A stretch of DNA of 56,106 nt, taken from assembly GCA_963666125.1 (NCBI GenBank), contig OY762633.1:1-56106 (forward strand), in the 5' to 3' direction. This DNA is from Dehalococcoidia bacterium (GTDB taxonomy: Bacteria; Chloroflexota; Dehalococcoidia; Lucifugimonadales; CAJWER01). Made by a program: the position numbers and the translations under genes. How positions within the stretch are numbered: position 1 is the stretch's first letter; each line of letters opens with the position of its first letter. Positions 8,174 through 16,912 of this stretch are shown one piece after another. The notes under the pieces were generated by a model. The model ran no database searches. It worked only from the letters and a program-made list of their open reading frames with translations, and had not been told where the DNA came from.

Positions 8174-9168
8174 CTCGAGGGCGGCCCGGCGCGCTGGTCC
8201 TCGCGCCGTTCTCAGACCGGGGACTGCGGCGGCTGTCGGACAGGCTCGACGTCGACTACGAGAGCTGGATGGACTCCGGGCTCCTCCACAATCCCGAAGA
8301 GCTCGCGGCGAAGCTGAACGACCTGCGCGCCTCGGTCCTGGTGGTGGAGCTGGACTTCGTATTCGGGGAGGTGTTCGAGGCCGCCCCGCATCTCGACTTC
8401 GTTGGGGTCTGCCGTGCCGCCGTGAACCACGTCGACGTCGAGGCTGCCACGGCCCACGGCGTCGTGGTCGTGAACACACCCGGCAGGAACGCCCAGGCCG
8501 TGGCCGAGCACTCCCTGGGGCTGATGCTGGCCCTGGCGAGGCGTATCCCGGAGGCCCACGGCTACGTCGTGGGCGGGCGCTGGGCCAATCCCGTCGCTGC
8601 GTACGTGGAGATGCGCGGGCTGGAGCTTGCGGGCAGGACCCTGGGCATCGTGGGGCTCGGCGCGGTCGGGCGCAGGCTCGCCGAGATGGCCGGCGCAATA
8701 GGCATGATGTGCATCGCCCACGACCCATACGTGGAGGGCCCGCCGCCGGGGGTGCGCCTGGCGGACCTGGACGAGGTGATGGCCCGCTCGGACTTCGTAT
8801 CCGTCCACGCGCCCCTGACCGGCGAGACCGAGGGGCTGATAGACTCTCGCAGGCTCGCCCTCATGAAGCCGACGGCCTACTTCGTGAACCTCTCGGAGGC
8901 GAGGATCGTGGACGTGGACGGGCTGGCTGGCGCACTCGAAAGCGGAGCGATCGCCGGGGCCGCGCTGGACGTCTTCGAGACACACCCCATCGCTCCCGGC
9001 CACCCGCTGCTGGCCCTCGACAACGTCATCCTGACGCCCCACGTGGCCGGGGCGACGGGCGAGACGATAGAGCGTCACTCCGGGATGATGGCCTCGGACG
9101 TCGAGCGGTTCCTGGACGGCGTGCGGCCCGCAAACCTGGTGAACCCGGCCGCGTGGGCGGTGCGGTGA
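8170..9168 (+). CDS. D-isomer-specific 2-hydroxyacid dehydrogenase family protein
   Basis: NTPGRNAQAVAE, GIVGLGAVG Rossmann motif, TPHVAG; TTG start overlaps the upstream TGA. Confidence 0.85.
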   Translation: MTRGRPGALVLAPFSDRGLRRLSDRLDVDYESWMDSGLLHNPEELAAKLNDLRASVLVVELDFVFGEVFEAAPHLDFVGVCRAAVNHVDVEAATAHGVVVVNTPGRNAQAVAEHSLGLMLALARRIPEAHGYVVGGRWANPVAAYVEMRGLELAGRTLGIVGLGAVGRRLAEMAGAIGMMCIAHDPYVEGPPPGVRLADLDEVMARSDFVSVHAPLTGETEGLIDSRRLALMKPTAYFVNLSEARIVDVDGLAGALESGAIAGAALDVFETHPIAPGHPLLALDNVILTPHVAGATGETIERHSGMMASDVERFLDGVRPANLVNPAAWAVR

Positions 9169-10667
9169 GCGGCAGCCTCATCGTCGTCGTTGACGCGGGC
9201 TCGACCCGCATCCGGTGCCTCGTGTTCGACGAGCGGGGCGAAGTGGTCGTGCGGCGCTCGGCCCCCTGGAGCTATCTCGACCCCGGTGCGGCGTCGCCCT
9301 ATGCCCGGGAACTGGACGCGGATGGCGTCTGGAGGTCGACGGCGCGGCTGATCGCGGAGTGCGTGGGCGACGGCCGGGTGGAGGCCGGGCGGGTCGCGGC
9401 GGTCACGGTCACGAGCCAGCGGCAGGGGGTGGTCTTCTTCGACGGGGAGCGGCGCGTCCTGTACGCGGGCCCGAACGTGGACCTGCGGGCCGTGTTCGAG
9501 GGCGCGGCCATCGACGACGAGATGGGGGCGCGGGTATACGAGGTGACGGGGCGGCTGCCGTCGTTCCTGTTCGCGCCGGCCAAGCTCCGCTGGTTCATGC
9601 ACAACGAGCCGGACGTGTACGGCAGGATCGACCGGGTGGCGACCCTCGCCGACTGGCTGCGCTGGGAGCTGTCGGGCGAGCTGGTGAGCGAGGCTACCCT
9701 GGCAGCCGAGGCGGGACTGCTCGACGTGCGGGAGCGCCGGTGGTGCAGTTCGCTGCTGGAGGAGCTTGGCGTCCGGCCGGGCTGCGGCGTACCCGTCGCG
9801 AGGGCCGGCACGGTGGCGGGCGGGGTTCGCCCGGAAGCCGCGGATCTGACCGGCATCCCGGAAGGCGTCCCCGTGGTCGTATCGCCCGCCGACACCCAGT
9901 GCGGCCTCCTGGGACTGGGCATCGGCAGTGCCGGGCAGGCGGGCATCGTCGCCGGGTGGAGCGCGCCGCTCCTCATGCTCACGGAGGAGCCCGTGTTCGA
10001 CGGCGGGCGGCGGACGTGGACGGGCTGCTACGTGGAGGAGGGCCTGTGGAGCCTGGAGAGCACTTGCGGCGACGCGGGCAACGCCTACCGGTGGCTCGCC
10101 GACACCATGTGGGGCGGCGAGGCGCGCCCATTCGACCTCATGGACGCCGCCGCCAGCGCGGTGCCGCCTAGCTCCGAGGGTGTGCTGGCCTTCCCGGGGC
10201 CGTCGCGGATGGACATGAGCAGGGTGGGGATGCGGGCCGGCGGGTTCGTCTTTCCCGTGCCCATGACCTTCGGCAGCATCGGGCGCGGGCACGTGGCGAG
10301 GGCTGCCCTGGAGTCGATAGCGTTCGCGGTCCGGGCGAACCTGGAGCAGCTCGAGCGCGTGAGCGGCAAGGCCGCGGCCTCGGTATCGCTGGGGGGCGGC
10401 ATGACGGCCTCGCCCACGTGGGTCGCGATGCTGCCCGACGTACTGGGCCGACCAGTCAGGGTCGCCCCGGCGCCGGACGTGACCGCCGCCGGCGCCTGTC
10501 TCACGGCGTTGGCGGCCCTGGACGGCGCAGATTCGCTCGTTGGCTACGCCGAGGGCAGGGCGGCTTCGAGTACAATCGAGCCGAGGCCCGTAGAGTCGGC
10601 GGAGTACGACGACCACTATATGCGCTGGATCGAGACGGCCCGGCGCCTCGAATCGATCGACGTGTAG
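9165..10667 (+). CDS. FGGY-family carbohydrate kinase (LsrK-like)
   Basis: VDAGST phosphate-1 motif, TSQRQG, NVDLRA, ADTQC, RAALESIAF, LGGG; GTG start overlaps the upstream TGA. Confidence 0.85.
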   Translation: MSGSLIVVVDAGSTRIRCLVFDERGEVVVRRSAPWSYLDPGAASPYARELDADGVWRSTARLIAECVGDGRVEAGRVAAVTVTSQRQGVVFFDGERRVLYAGPNVDLRAVFEGAAIDDEMGARVYEVTGRLPSFLFAPAKLRWFMHNEPDVYGRIDRVATLADWLRWELSGELVSEATLAAEAGLLDVRERRWCSSLLEELGVRPGCGVPVARAGTVAGGVRPEAADLTGIPEGVPVVVSPADTQCGLLGLGIGSAGQAGIVAGWSAPLLMLTEEPVFDGGRRTWTGCYVEEGLWSLESTCGDAGNAYRWLADTMWGGEARPFDLMDAAASAVPPSSEGVLAFPGPSRMDMSRVGMRAGGFVFPVPMTFGSIGRGHVARAALESIAFAVRANLEQLERVSGKAAASVSLGGGMTASPTWVAMLPDVLGRPVRVAPAPDVTAAGACLTALAALDGADSLVGYAEGRAASSTIEPRPVESAEYDDHYMRWIETARRLESIDV

Positions 10668-10677
10668 GGGAGCGGGT

Positions 10678-11373
10678 ATGGAATTCGATGCCGCAAGACA
10701 CCAGGTTGCCGAGGCCGCCCGGAATATGGCCGCCGCAGGCCTGGTCTCCGGTACGAGCGGCAACGTGAGCGCGCGGCTGCCGGGCGGCCTGATGGCCATC
10801 ACGCCGATGGGTGGGCGCTGCGAAGGGATGTCGGCGGACGACGTGGTCGTGGTCGATCGCGACCTGAATACCGTCGAGGGGGGCCTCGCGCCGTCGTCAG
10901 AGTCCCTGTTGCACGCGTCGATCTATGCAGCGCGCCCGGACGTGGGGGGCATCGTGCACACGCACGCCGTATACTCCAGCGCCGTCGCGGTGGCGGGCCT
11001 GGGGATTCCGCCCATCGTGGACGAGATGGTGGTGGCCCTGGGCGGGGCCGTGAGGGTGTCCGAGTACGCGCCCCCGGCCTCGGAGGAGGCGGCTGAGCGG
11101 GTATGCGCGGCCCTGGGGAGCCGCGACGCGGCGCTCATACGCAACCACGGGTCCGTCGGCGTGGGCAAAAGTCCTCGCTCCGCGCTGGAGGCGGCGATGC
11201 TGGTCGAGAGGGCGGCCAGGATATTCGTCCTGTCCTCCGTCTTGGGGAGTCCGGGCACGCTGCCGGACGAGGTGGTGAGGGCCGAAGCCGCGATATTCGA
11301 GATGAGAAGGCAGGCCCGCGGCGTCCCGAATGCGCTAGACTCAATAGGCATGACCCCACCACACGAGGAATGA
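10678..11373 (+). CDS. Class II aldolase/adducin family protein (FucA-like)
   Basis: GTSGNVS, PSSESLLH, HTH and NHG metal-binding motifs. Confidence 0.9.
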   Translation: MEFDAARHQVAEAARNMAAAGLVSGTSGNVSARLPGGLMAITPMGGRCEGMSADDVVVVDRDLNTVEGGLAPSSESLLHASIYAARPDVGGIVHTHAVYSSAVAVAGLGIPPIVDEMVVALGGAVRVSEYAPPASEEAAERVCAALGSRDAALIRNHGSVGVGKSPRSALEAAMLVERAARIFVLSSVLGSPGTLPDEVVRAEAAIFEMRRQARGVPNALDSIGMTPPHEE

Positions 11374-11376
11374 CAC

Positions 11377-11748
11377 ATGGTTTCCGTACCTGGATTTCTC
11401 CTCCGACGTCTGTACGTGCAGGGCAGCCTCAAGAACTCCGCGGGCGGCTTCGAGTTCCAGCTTGTGAACAGCCTGGGCTCCGGCTATACCACGAAGGCGT
11501 GGCCGTTGAAGGTGGATGACGAGGAGATCCCCGCCGGGCGGAGTTACTTCATCGTCGACGACAAGGAGACGCCCTTCGGCGACGTGTCGCCGGACAATTC
11601 CTTCTCGCTGGAGATGAACAAGACGGTCACCGTCTGGACCGACGGCGTGTCCCTCGATCCGGGGGTACACAAGGTCGAGATGGGCTTCGACATCCCCGGG
11701 CTTGGCAGCCTGAGGTTCGACGTCTCCGACGAAGTTGCGGATGGGTGA
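11377..11748 (+). CDS. Small conserved beta-rich hypothetical protein
   Basis: 123 aa, GAGGA RBS, coding-like codon use, in-operon spacing; LLRRLYVQGSLKN...GFEFQLVN start. Confidence 0.7.
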   Translation: MVSVPGFLLRRLYVQGSLKNSAGGFEFQLVNSLGSGYTTKAWPLKVDDEEIPAGRSYFIVDDKETPFGDVSPDNSFSLEMNKTVTVWTDGVSLDPGVHKVEMGFDIPGLGSLRFDVSDEVADG

Positions 11749-12697
11749 GGATTCCCGCCGGATCGCGGTGACCGGCGCGTCGGGATACGTCGGATCGCTG
11801 CTGGTCCGCCGCCTTGCGGCGCGCGATGACGTCGGCGCCATTCTCACCCTGGACGTGAGGGAGCCGGACGCTGACCCTGGAGACGGAGTGACCTTCGTGC
11901 GGCAGGACGTGTCGCGGCCCTTTCCGGGGCTGTTTGCCGAGCACGGGGTCGATACGGTCGTGCATCTGGCGTATGTGCTCAGACAGGGCAGGGACCGGGA
12001 GGCGAACCGGCGCGTGAACGTAGACGGGACGGCGCACACGCTGGAGGCGTGCCTGAGGGGCGGCGTCCGGCGGGTCGTGTACCTGAGCAGCACCAGCGTC
12101 TACGGCCCACGTCCGGACAACCCGGAGGCCCTGACCGAGGAGATGCCCGCCCGGCCCATCGCCGGATTCCGGTACAGCGAGGACAAGCTGCGGTCGGAGA
12201 AGCTCATAGCCAAGTTCGCGGCGGACTCGCCCGGCGTGTCGGCGTGCATCCTGCGGTGCTGCCCGGTCATGGGAGCCAACGCCGACAACTTCATCGCCCG
12301 GGCCTTCGACAAGCCCTTCTTGGTTGCCGTGCGGGGCGCGGACCCCCCCATGCAGCTAATCCACGAGGACGACCTGGCCCGGTGCCTGGAGCTGGCGGCG
12401 CTGGGAGACGCGGAGGGGCTGTACAACGTGGCCGGATCAGGGTCCATAGGCTGGAGGGAGATGGCGTCGACCCGGGGCCGCCGGGTCTTCCCGGTGCCGG
12501 CGTGGCTGCTATATCCGGCGACCCAGCTCGCGTGGGCGCTCAGGCTACAGTCGGACTCTCCCGCGGTGGGGCTCGACTTCGTTCGCCATCGCTGGATTGC
12601 CGACACGGGGAAGATCGAGCGCGAGATGGGATTCAGGCCGAGGTTCTCGTCTAGGGAGGCATGGAACGCGCACGTTCATGATGGAGGTAAGGTATGA
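11741..12697 (+). CDS. NAD-dependent epimerase/dehydratase (extended SDR)
   Basis: TGASGYVG, VVHLA, SSTSVYG, YSEDK (YxxxK). Confidence 0.85.
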   Translation: MGEDSRRIAVTGASGYVGSLLVRRLAARDDVGAILTLDVREPDADPGDGVTFVRQDVSRPFPGLFAEHGVDTVVHLAYVLRQGRDREANRRVNVDGTAHTLEACLRGGVRRVVYLSSTSVYGPRPDNPEALTEEMPARPIAGFRYSEDKLRSEKLIAKFAADSPGVSACILRCCPVMGANADNFIARAFDKPFLVAVRGADPPMQLIHEDDLARCLELAALGDAEGLYNVAGSGSIGWREMASTRGRRVFPVPAWLLYPATQLAWALRLQSDSPAVGLDFVRHRWIADTGKIEREMGFRPRFSSREAWNAHVHDGGKV

Positions 12698-13590
12698 GGC
12701 CCGTACTGATCGACTGCGACCCCGGCTCCGACGACGCCCTGGCCATACTGGTGGCCCTGAATTCGCCCGACCTGGACGTGGTGGGCCTGACGACGGTGGG
12801 CGGCAACGCGACCATCGATGATACGACGAGGAACGCGCTGGCGATCCTTGAATTAGCCGGGCGGGCCGAGGTGCCGGTCTGGCGGGGCGCCGGGCGTCCG
12901 CTGGAGGGCGAGTTCCGCTACGCATACTACTACCACGGCGAGGCGGGCCTGGGCATAAGGCTGGAGCCTCCCACGACCAGCGAGCGGCCCGAGCCGGCCG
13001 TCGACGTCATCGCCCGCGCGGTGCTGGCGCGGCCCGGCGAGCTTACGCTGATTGTGCTGGGGCCGCCGACCAACGTGGCGCTTGCCCTCCGCCGGGAGCC
13101 GAGGCTGGCGGATGAGGTCGCCGAGATCGTCGTGATGGGCGGCGCGGTCGAGGCGCCGGGGAATATCACGGAGCACGCCGAGTTCAACATCTACAACGAC
13201 CCGGCCGCGGCCCAGGTGGTGTTCGACAGCGGCGCTCCCGTGACACTGGTGGGCCTCGACGTGACGGAGCGGGTGGCCGTATCGCGGGGAGGCGAGCCAT
13301 GGATCGATAGCGACTCGGCCAGCGCGTCCCTGGCGGGACGGCTGCTGTCGGCGTGGTTCGCCCTTCACCCGGACAGGGATCTGTACGGCCTCCATGACCC
13401 GCTGGCGGTGGCCGCGGCCATCGACCCGACCCTGCTCTCGTGTCGTGAGGGCAGGGTGAGTGTGGAGATTCGACCGGGCGATATGCTCGGCAAGACCACG
13501 GCGTCATACGGGGCCGGGCACGTCCAGGTCGCCCTGGGAGTCGATGCTGACAGGGCTGTATCGCTGATTACGGGCCTTGTCCGGGGATAA
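12694..13590 (+). CDS. Nucleoside hydrolase (IUNH family)
   Basis: DCDPGSDD Ca-binding motif, HGEAGLG, AEFNIYNDP, LHDP. Confidence 0.9.
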   Translation: MRPVLIDCDPGSDDALAILVALNSPDLDVVGLTTVGGNATIDDTTRNALAILELAGRAEVPVWRGAGRPLEGEFRYAYYYHGEAGLGIRLEPPTTSERPEPAVDVIARAVLARPGELTLIVLGPPTNVALALRREPRLADEVAEIVVMGGAVEAPGNITEHAEFNIYNDPAAAQVVFDSGAPVTLVGLDVTERVAVSRGGEPWIDSDSASASLAGRLLSAWFALHPDRDLYGLHDPLAVAAAIDPTLLSCREGRVSVEIRPGDMLGKTTASYGAGHVQVALGVDADRAVSLITGLVRG

Positions 13591-13657
13591 CCGTCGACGT
13601 CAAGGGATGACATGGCTCCGCCATCGCCGCCCCGGGCTGATGACGGCGGCCGGGGAC

Positions 13658-13685
13658 TGGATTCCGGCGTGTGCCGGAATGACGG
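13658..13685. repeat. Short palindromic intergenic repeat, copy 1 (GGATTCCGGC-N4-GCCGGAATGACGG)
   Basis: Perfect 8-bp stem; related copy at 34932-34959. Confidence 0.6.
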
Positions 13686-13699
13686 ATGAGGGAAATTCG

Positions 13700-13752
13700 T
13701 TGACGTAGTGGCCTGGACGTGGATAAAATGGTTTCTTGACCTGTTCAATCAA
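13700..13752 (+). promoter_or_regulatory. suf promoter plus candidate Rrf2/IscR-type operator
   Basis: TTGACG-N18-TAAAAT (13700-13729) followed by TTGA-N9-TCAA (13736-13752). Confidence 0.55.
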
Positions 13753-13754
13753 CA

Positions 13755-15227
13755 ATGCGCGGAGGCCTTGTGACTACGCCTAAGGTCGTGTCCAGGACGT
13801 CGAGGGACCTCGACACCGATTACAAGTGGGGGTTCACGACGGAGATCGAGTCCGACATCGCCCCTAAGGGGCTGAGCGAGGACGTGGTGCGGATGATCTC
13901 GGCCAAGAAGGGCGAGCCCCAGTTCCTGCTGGACTGGCGGCTCAGGGCCTACGAGCACTGGAAGACCCTGGACAACGAGGAGCCCCGGTGGGCGATGGTG
14001 GACTTCCCGCCCATCGACTACCAGGACATCCACTACTACGCGTCGCCCTTCACGGACGAGAAGCCCGAGAGCCTGGACGACGTCGACCCGGAGCTGATAG
14101 AGGCTTTCGACAAGCTGGGCATCCCCATCGAAGAGCAGAAGCGGATGACCGGCGTGGCGGTGGACGCGATCTTCGACAGCAGCTCGGTGGCGACGACCTA
14201 CCAGGAGACCCTGGCCAAGTCGGGCGTGATCTTCTGCTCCGTAAGCGAAGCGGTGAGGGAGCACCCGGACCTGATCGAGAAGTACCTGGGCTCGGTGGTG
14301 CCGTACACCGACAACTTCTACGCGACGCTGAACTCGGCGGTCTTCAGCGACGGGTCGTTCGTGTACGTGCCGCCGGGGGTGCGGTGCCCGCTGGAGCTGA
14401 TGACGTACTTCCGCATCAACGCGGAGGAGAGCGGGCAGTTCGAGCGGACGCTGATCATCGCGGACGAGGGGTCGTACGTGAGCTACCTGGAGGGGTGCAC
14501 TGCGCCCATGCGCCGGACCCACCAGCTTCACGCCGCCGTGGTGGAGCTTGTGGCCCTGGATGACGCGGAGATCAAGTACTCGACGCTTCAGAACTGGTAC
14601 CCGGGCGACAAGGAGGGTAAGGGCGGCGTCTACAACTTCGTGACGAAGCGGGGCAAGGCGGCGGGCCGGAGCTCGAAGATCTCGTGGACGCAGGTGGAGA
14701 CGGGCTCGGCGATCACCTGGAAGTACCCCAGCGTCATCCTGCAGGGTGACGACTCGACGGGCGAGTTCTACTCGGTCGCGCTGGTCAACAACCACCAGCA
14801 GGCCGACACGGGCACGAAGATGATCCACGTGGGCAGGAACACGAAGAGCACGATCGTGGCGAAGGGCATATCGGCCGGGCAGGGTCAGAGCACCTACCGG
14901 GGGCTGGTGCAGATCATGCCGTCGGCGGCGAACGCGACGAACTTCACCCAATGCGACTCGCTGCTGGTGGGCGACCGGTGCGGCGCGCACACGGTGCCCT
15001 ACATCGACGTGCGGAACGCGACGGCGCGGATGGAGCACGAGGCGTCCACGTCGCGCGTGAGCGACGACAAGCTCTTCTACTGCATGCAGCGGGGCATCTC
15101 GGAGGAGGAGGCCCACTACATGATCATCAACGGCTTCTGCCGGGGCATCTTCCAGGAGCTTCCGTTCGAGTTCGCCATGGAGGCGCAGCAGCTTCTGCGC
15201 GTGAGCCTCGAGGGGGCAGTGGGATAA
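13755..15227 (+). CDS. sufB: Fe-S cluster assembly protein SufB
   Basis: [57 protein letters not shown] 13770 is an alternative start. Confidence 0.97.
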   Translation: MRGGLVTTPKVVSRTSRDLDTDYKWGFTTEIESDIAPKGLSEDVVRMISAKKGEPQFLLDWRLRAYEHWKTLDNEEPRWAMVDFPPIDYQDIHYYASPFTDEKPESLDDVDPELIEAFDKLGIPIEEQKRMTGVAVDAIFDSSSVATTYQETLAKSGVIFCSVSEAVREHPDLIEKYLGSVVPYTDNFYATLNSAVFSDGSFVYVPPGVRCPLELMTYFRINAEESGQFERTLIIADEGSYVSYLEGCTAPMRRTHQLHAAVVELVALDDAEIKYSTLQNWYPGDKEGKGGVYNFVTKRGKAAGRSSKISWTQVETGSAITWKYPSVILQGDDSTGEFYSVALVNNHQQADTGTKMIHVGRNTKSTIVAKGISAGQGQSTYRGLVQIMPSAANATNFTQCDSLLVGDRCGAHTVPYIDVRNATARMEHEASTSRVSDDKLFYCMQRGISEEEAHYMIINGFCRGIFQELPFEFAMEAQQLLRVSLEGAVG

Positions 15228-15230
15228 GAA

Positions 15231-15611
15231 TTGATCACGGCAGAGCGGCATGAGGTGATCAGCAGCCGGTTCCTCGAACAGGCCGTCGATGAGTTCGAGA
15301 GGGGCGACGTGCTCCAGGCCTCGGAGAAGACGTGGGGCGCGGTTGCCCACTACGTGAAGTCCGTCGCCAAGGCCAGGGGATGGCCGGACGGGTCGCACCG
15401 GGACATCGCGGTCAATGCCAGGAAGCTGATCGACCTCACGCCGGACCCGGGCGGTAACCGGGACAAGTTCGGCCTCATCAACCTGCTCCACATCAACTTC
15501 TATGAGGAGGCCCTGGACCCGGAGGACGTGAGGCGCGGTATCGGCCACGCACACGTGCTGATCGGCGCCATGCGAGAGGCGGAGCCGAGGTTGGACTACG
15601 TTGGAGCCTGA
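15231..15611 (+). CDS. PaREP1/HEPN-like protein
   Basis: FLEQA..EFERGDVLQASEKTWGA...GW...SH...LHINFYE pattern. Confidence 0.7.
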   Translation: MITAERHEVISSRFLEQAVDEFERGDVLQASEKTWGAVAHYVKSVAKARGWPDGSHRDIAVNARKLIDLTPDPGGNRDKFGLINLLHINFYEEALDPEDVRRGIGHAHVLIGAMREAEPRLDYVGA

Positions 15612-15612
15612 G

Positions 15613-16107
15613 ATGCACGCCGTGTCCTTCTCACCAGACCGCCGGTACAGGTACTGGCTCGAGTCGAAGCTGGGCGGCGGGGACGGCGTGTGCATGTTCG
15701 TGATGCTGAACCCGAGCACGGCGGACGAGACGAGGTCGGACCCCACGGTCACACGGTGCAGGGGGTTCGCCCGACGGTGGGGGTACGGCGCGCTCTGGGT
15801 GTGCAATATCTTCGCGCTGCGCTCCACGAGCCCGGACGCGCTCAGGGAGAGCTCGGACCCGACGGGGCCGCTGAACGACGGCCACATCCTGAGGTACGCG
15901 CGCGGGGCGGACAGGATAGTGTGCGCGTGGGGGAACCACGGGCTGCACGGCGGGAGAGGCGAGCGGGTAATGCGGATGCTGGAGGGCGACGGGCTGTCGG
16001 GCAGGCTGTGCCATCTCGGGCTGACCGGTAGGGACCAGCCCCGTCATCCGCTGTACTTGAGGGCGGACACGCGGCCTGTTGGATTCGAGGAATACGAGGA
16101 CTACTAG
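15613..16107 (+). CDS. DUF1643 domain protein
   Basis: YRYWL, FVMLNPSTAD, DPT, NIFALRST, CAWGNHG, PRHPLY. Confidence 0.85.
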   Translation: MHAVSFSPDRRYRYWLESKLGGGDGVCMFVMLNPSTADETRSDPTVTRCRGFARRWGYGALWVCNIFALRSTSPDALRESSDPTGPLNDGHILRYARGADRIVCAWGNHGLHGGRGERVMRMLEGDGLSGRLCHLGLTGRDQPRHPLYLRADTRPVGFEEYEDY

Positions 16108-16110
16108 ACT

Positions 16111-16878
16111 ATGCTGCTGGAAATTCGAGACCTGCGCGTGTCGGTGGACGATACGGACATCCTGAAGGGCGTGAACCTGACCGTGGGCGACGGGGAGGTT
16201 CACGCTATCATGGGGCCGAACGGAAGCGGCAAGAGCACGCTGGCGAACGTGATCGCCGGCAGGCCGGGCTACGAGGTGACCGGCGGGGACATCCTGTACG
16301 ACGGGGAGAGCGTGCTGGACATGACTCCCGACGGGCGCGCGCTGGCGGGGATATTCCTGGCGTTCCAGTACCCGGTCGAGCTGCCGGGGGTGCGGAACCG
16401 CCAGTTCCTGAAGTCGGCGATGGACGCGCTGCGGGAGCACCGGGGCGAGGAGGGGCTGAGCGCCCGGGAGTTCGACAGGATGTACAGGGCGGCCGTAGGC
16501 TCGGTGGAGATCGGGGCTGAGCTGATGAAGCGCGGGGTGAACGAGGGGTTCTCCGGCGGCGAGAAGAAGCGGAGCGAGATGCTACAGCTAACGCTGCTTG
16601 ACCCCCGGCTGGCGCTGCTGGACGAGACCGACTCGGGGCTGGACATCGACGCGCTGAAGCTGGTGGCGGGCATCGTCAACCAGCGGCGGAGGCCGGACAA
16701 CTCGACGGTGCTGGTCACCCACTACCAGCGCATACTGGGCTACATCACGCCGGACTACGTCCACGTGCTGCTGGACGGCAGGATCGCGCAGTCGGGGGGG
16801 CGAGAGCTTGCTCTGGAGCTTGAGGAGAAGGGCTACGAGTGGCTGCGCGAAGGCAACGGCCGGGGAGGGCGGGTTTGA
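16111..16878 (+). CDS. sufC: Fe-S cluster assembly ATPase SufC
   Basis: GPNGSGKS, FQYPVE, FSGGEKKR, LDETDSGLD, THYQR. Confidence 0.97.
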   Translation: MLLEIRDLRVSVDDTDILKGVNLTVGDGEVHAIMGPNGSGKSTLANVIAGRPGYEVTGGDILYDGESVLDMTPDGRALAGIFLAFQYPVELPGVRNRQFLKSAMDALREHRGEEGLSAREFDRMYRAAVGSVEIGAELMKRGVNEGFSGGEKKRSEMLQLTLLDPRLALLDETDSGLDIDALKLVAGIVNQRRRPDNSTVLVTHYQRILGYITPDYVHVLLDGRIAQSGGRELALELEEKGYEWLREGNGRGGRV

Positions 16879-16891
16879 AACCCGCCCCTAC
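16866..16891 (-). repeat. GTAG-type REP-like palindrome overlapping the sufC stop
   Basis: Minus strand reads GTAGGGGCGGGTTTCAAACCCGCCCT. Confidence 0.7.
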
Positions 16892-16912
16892 GGCTAATTT
16901 CATGGTAATTGG

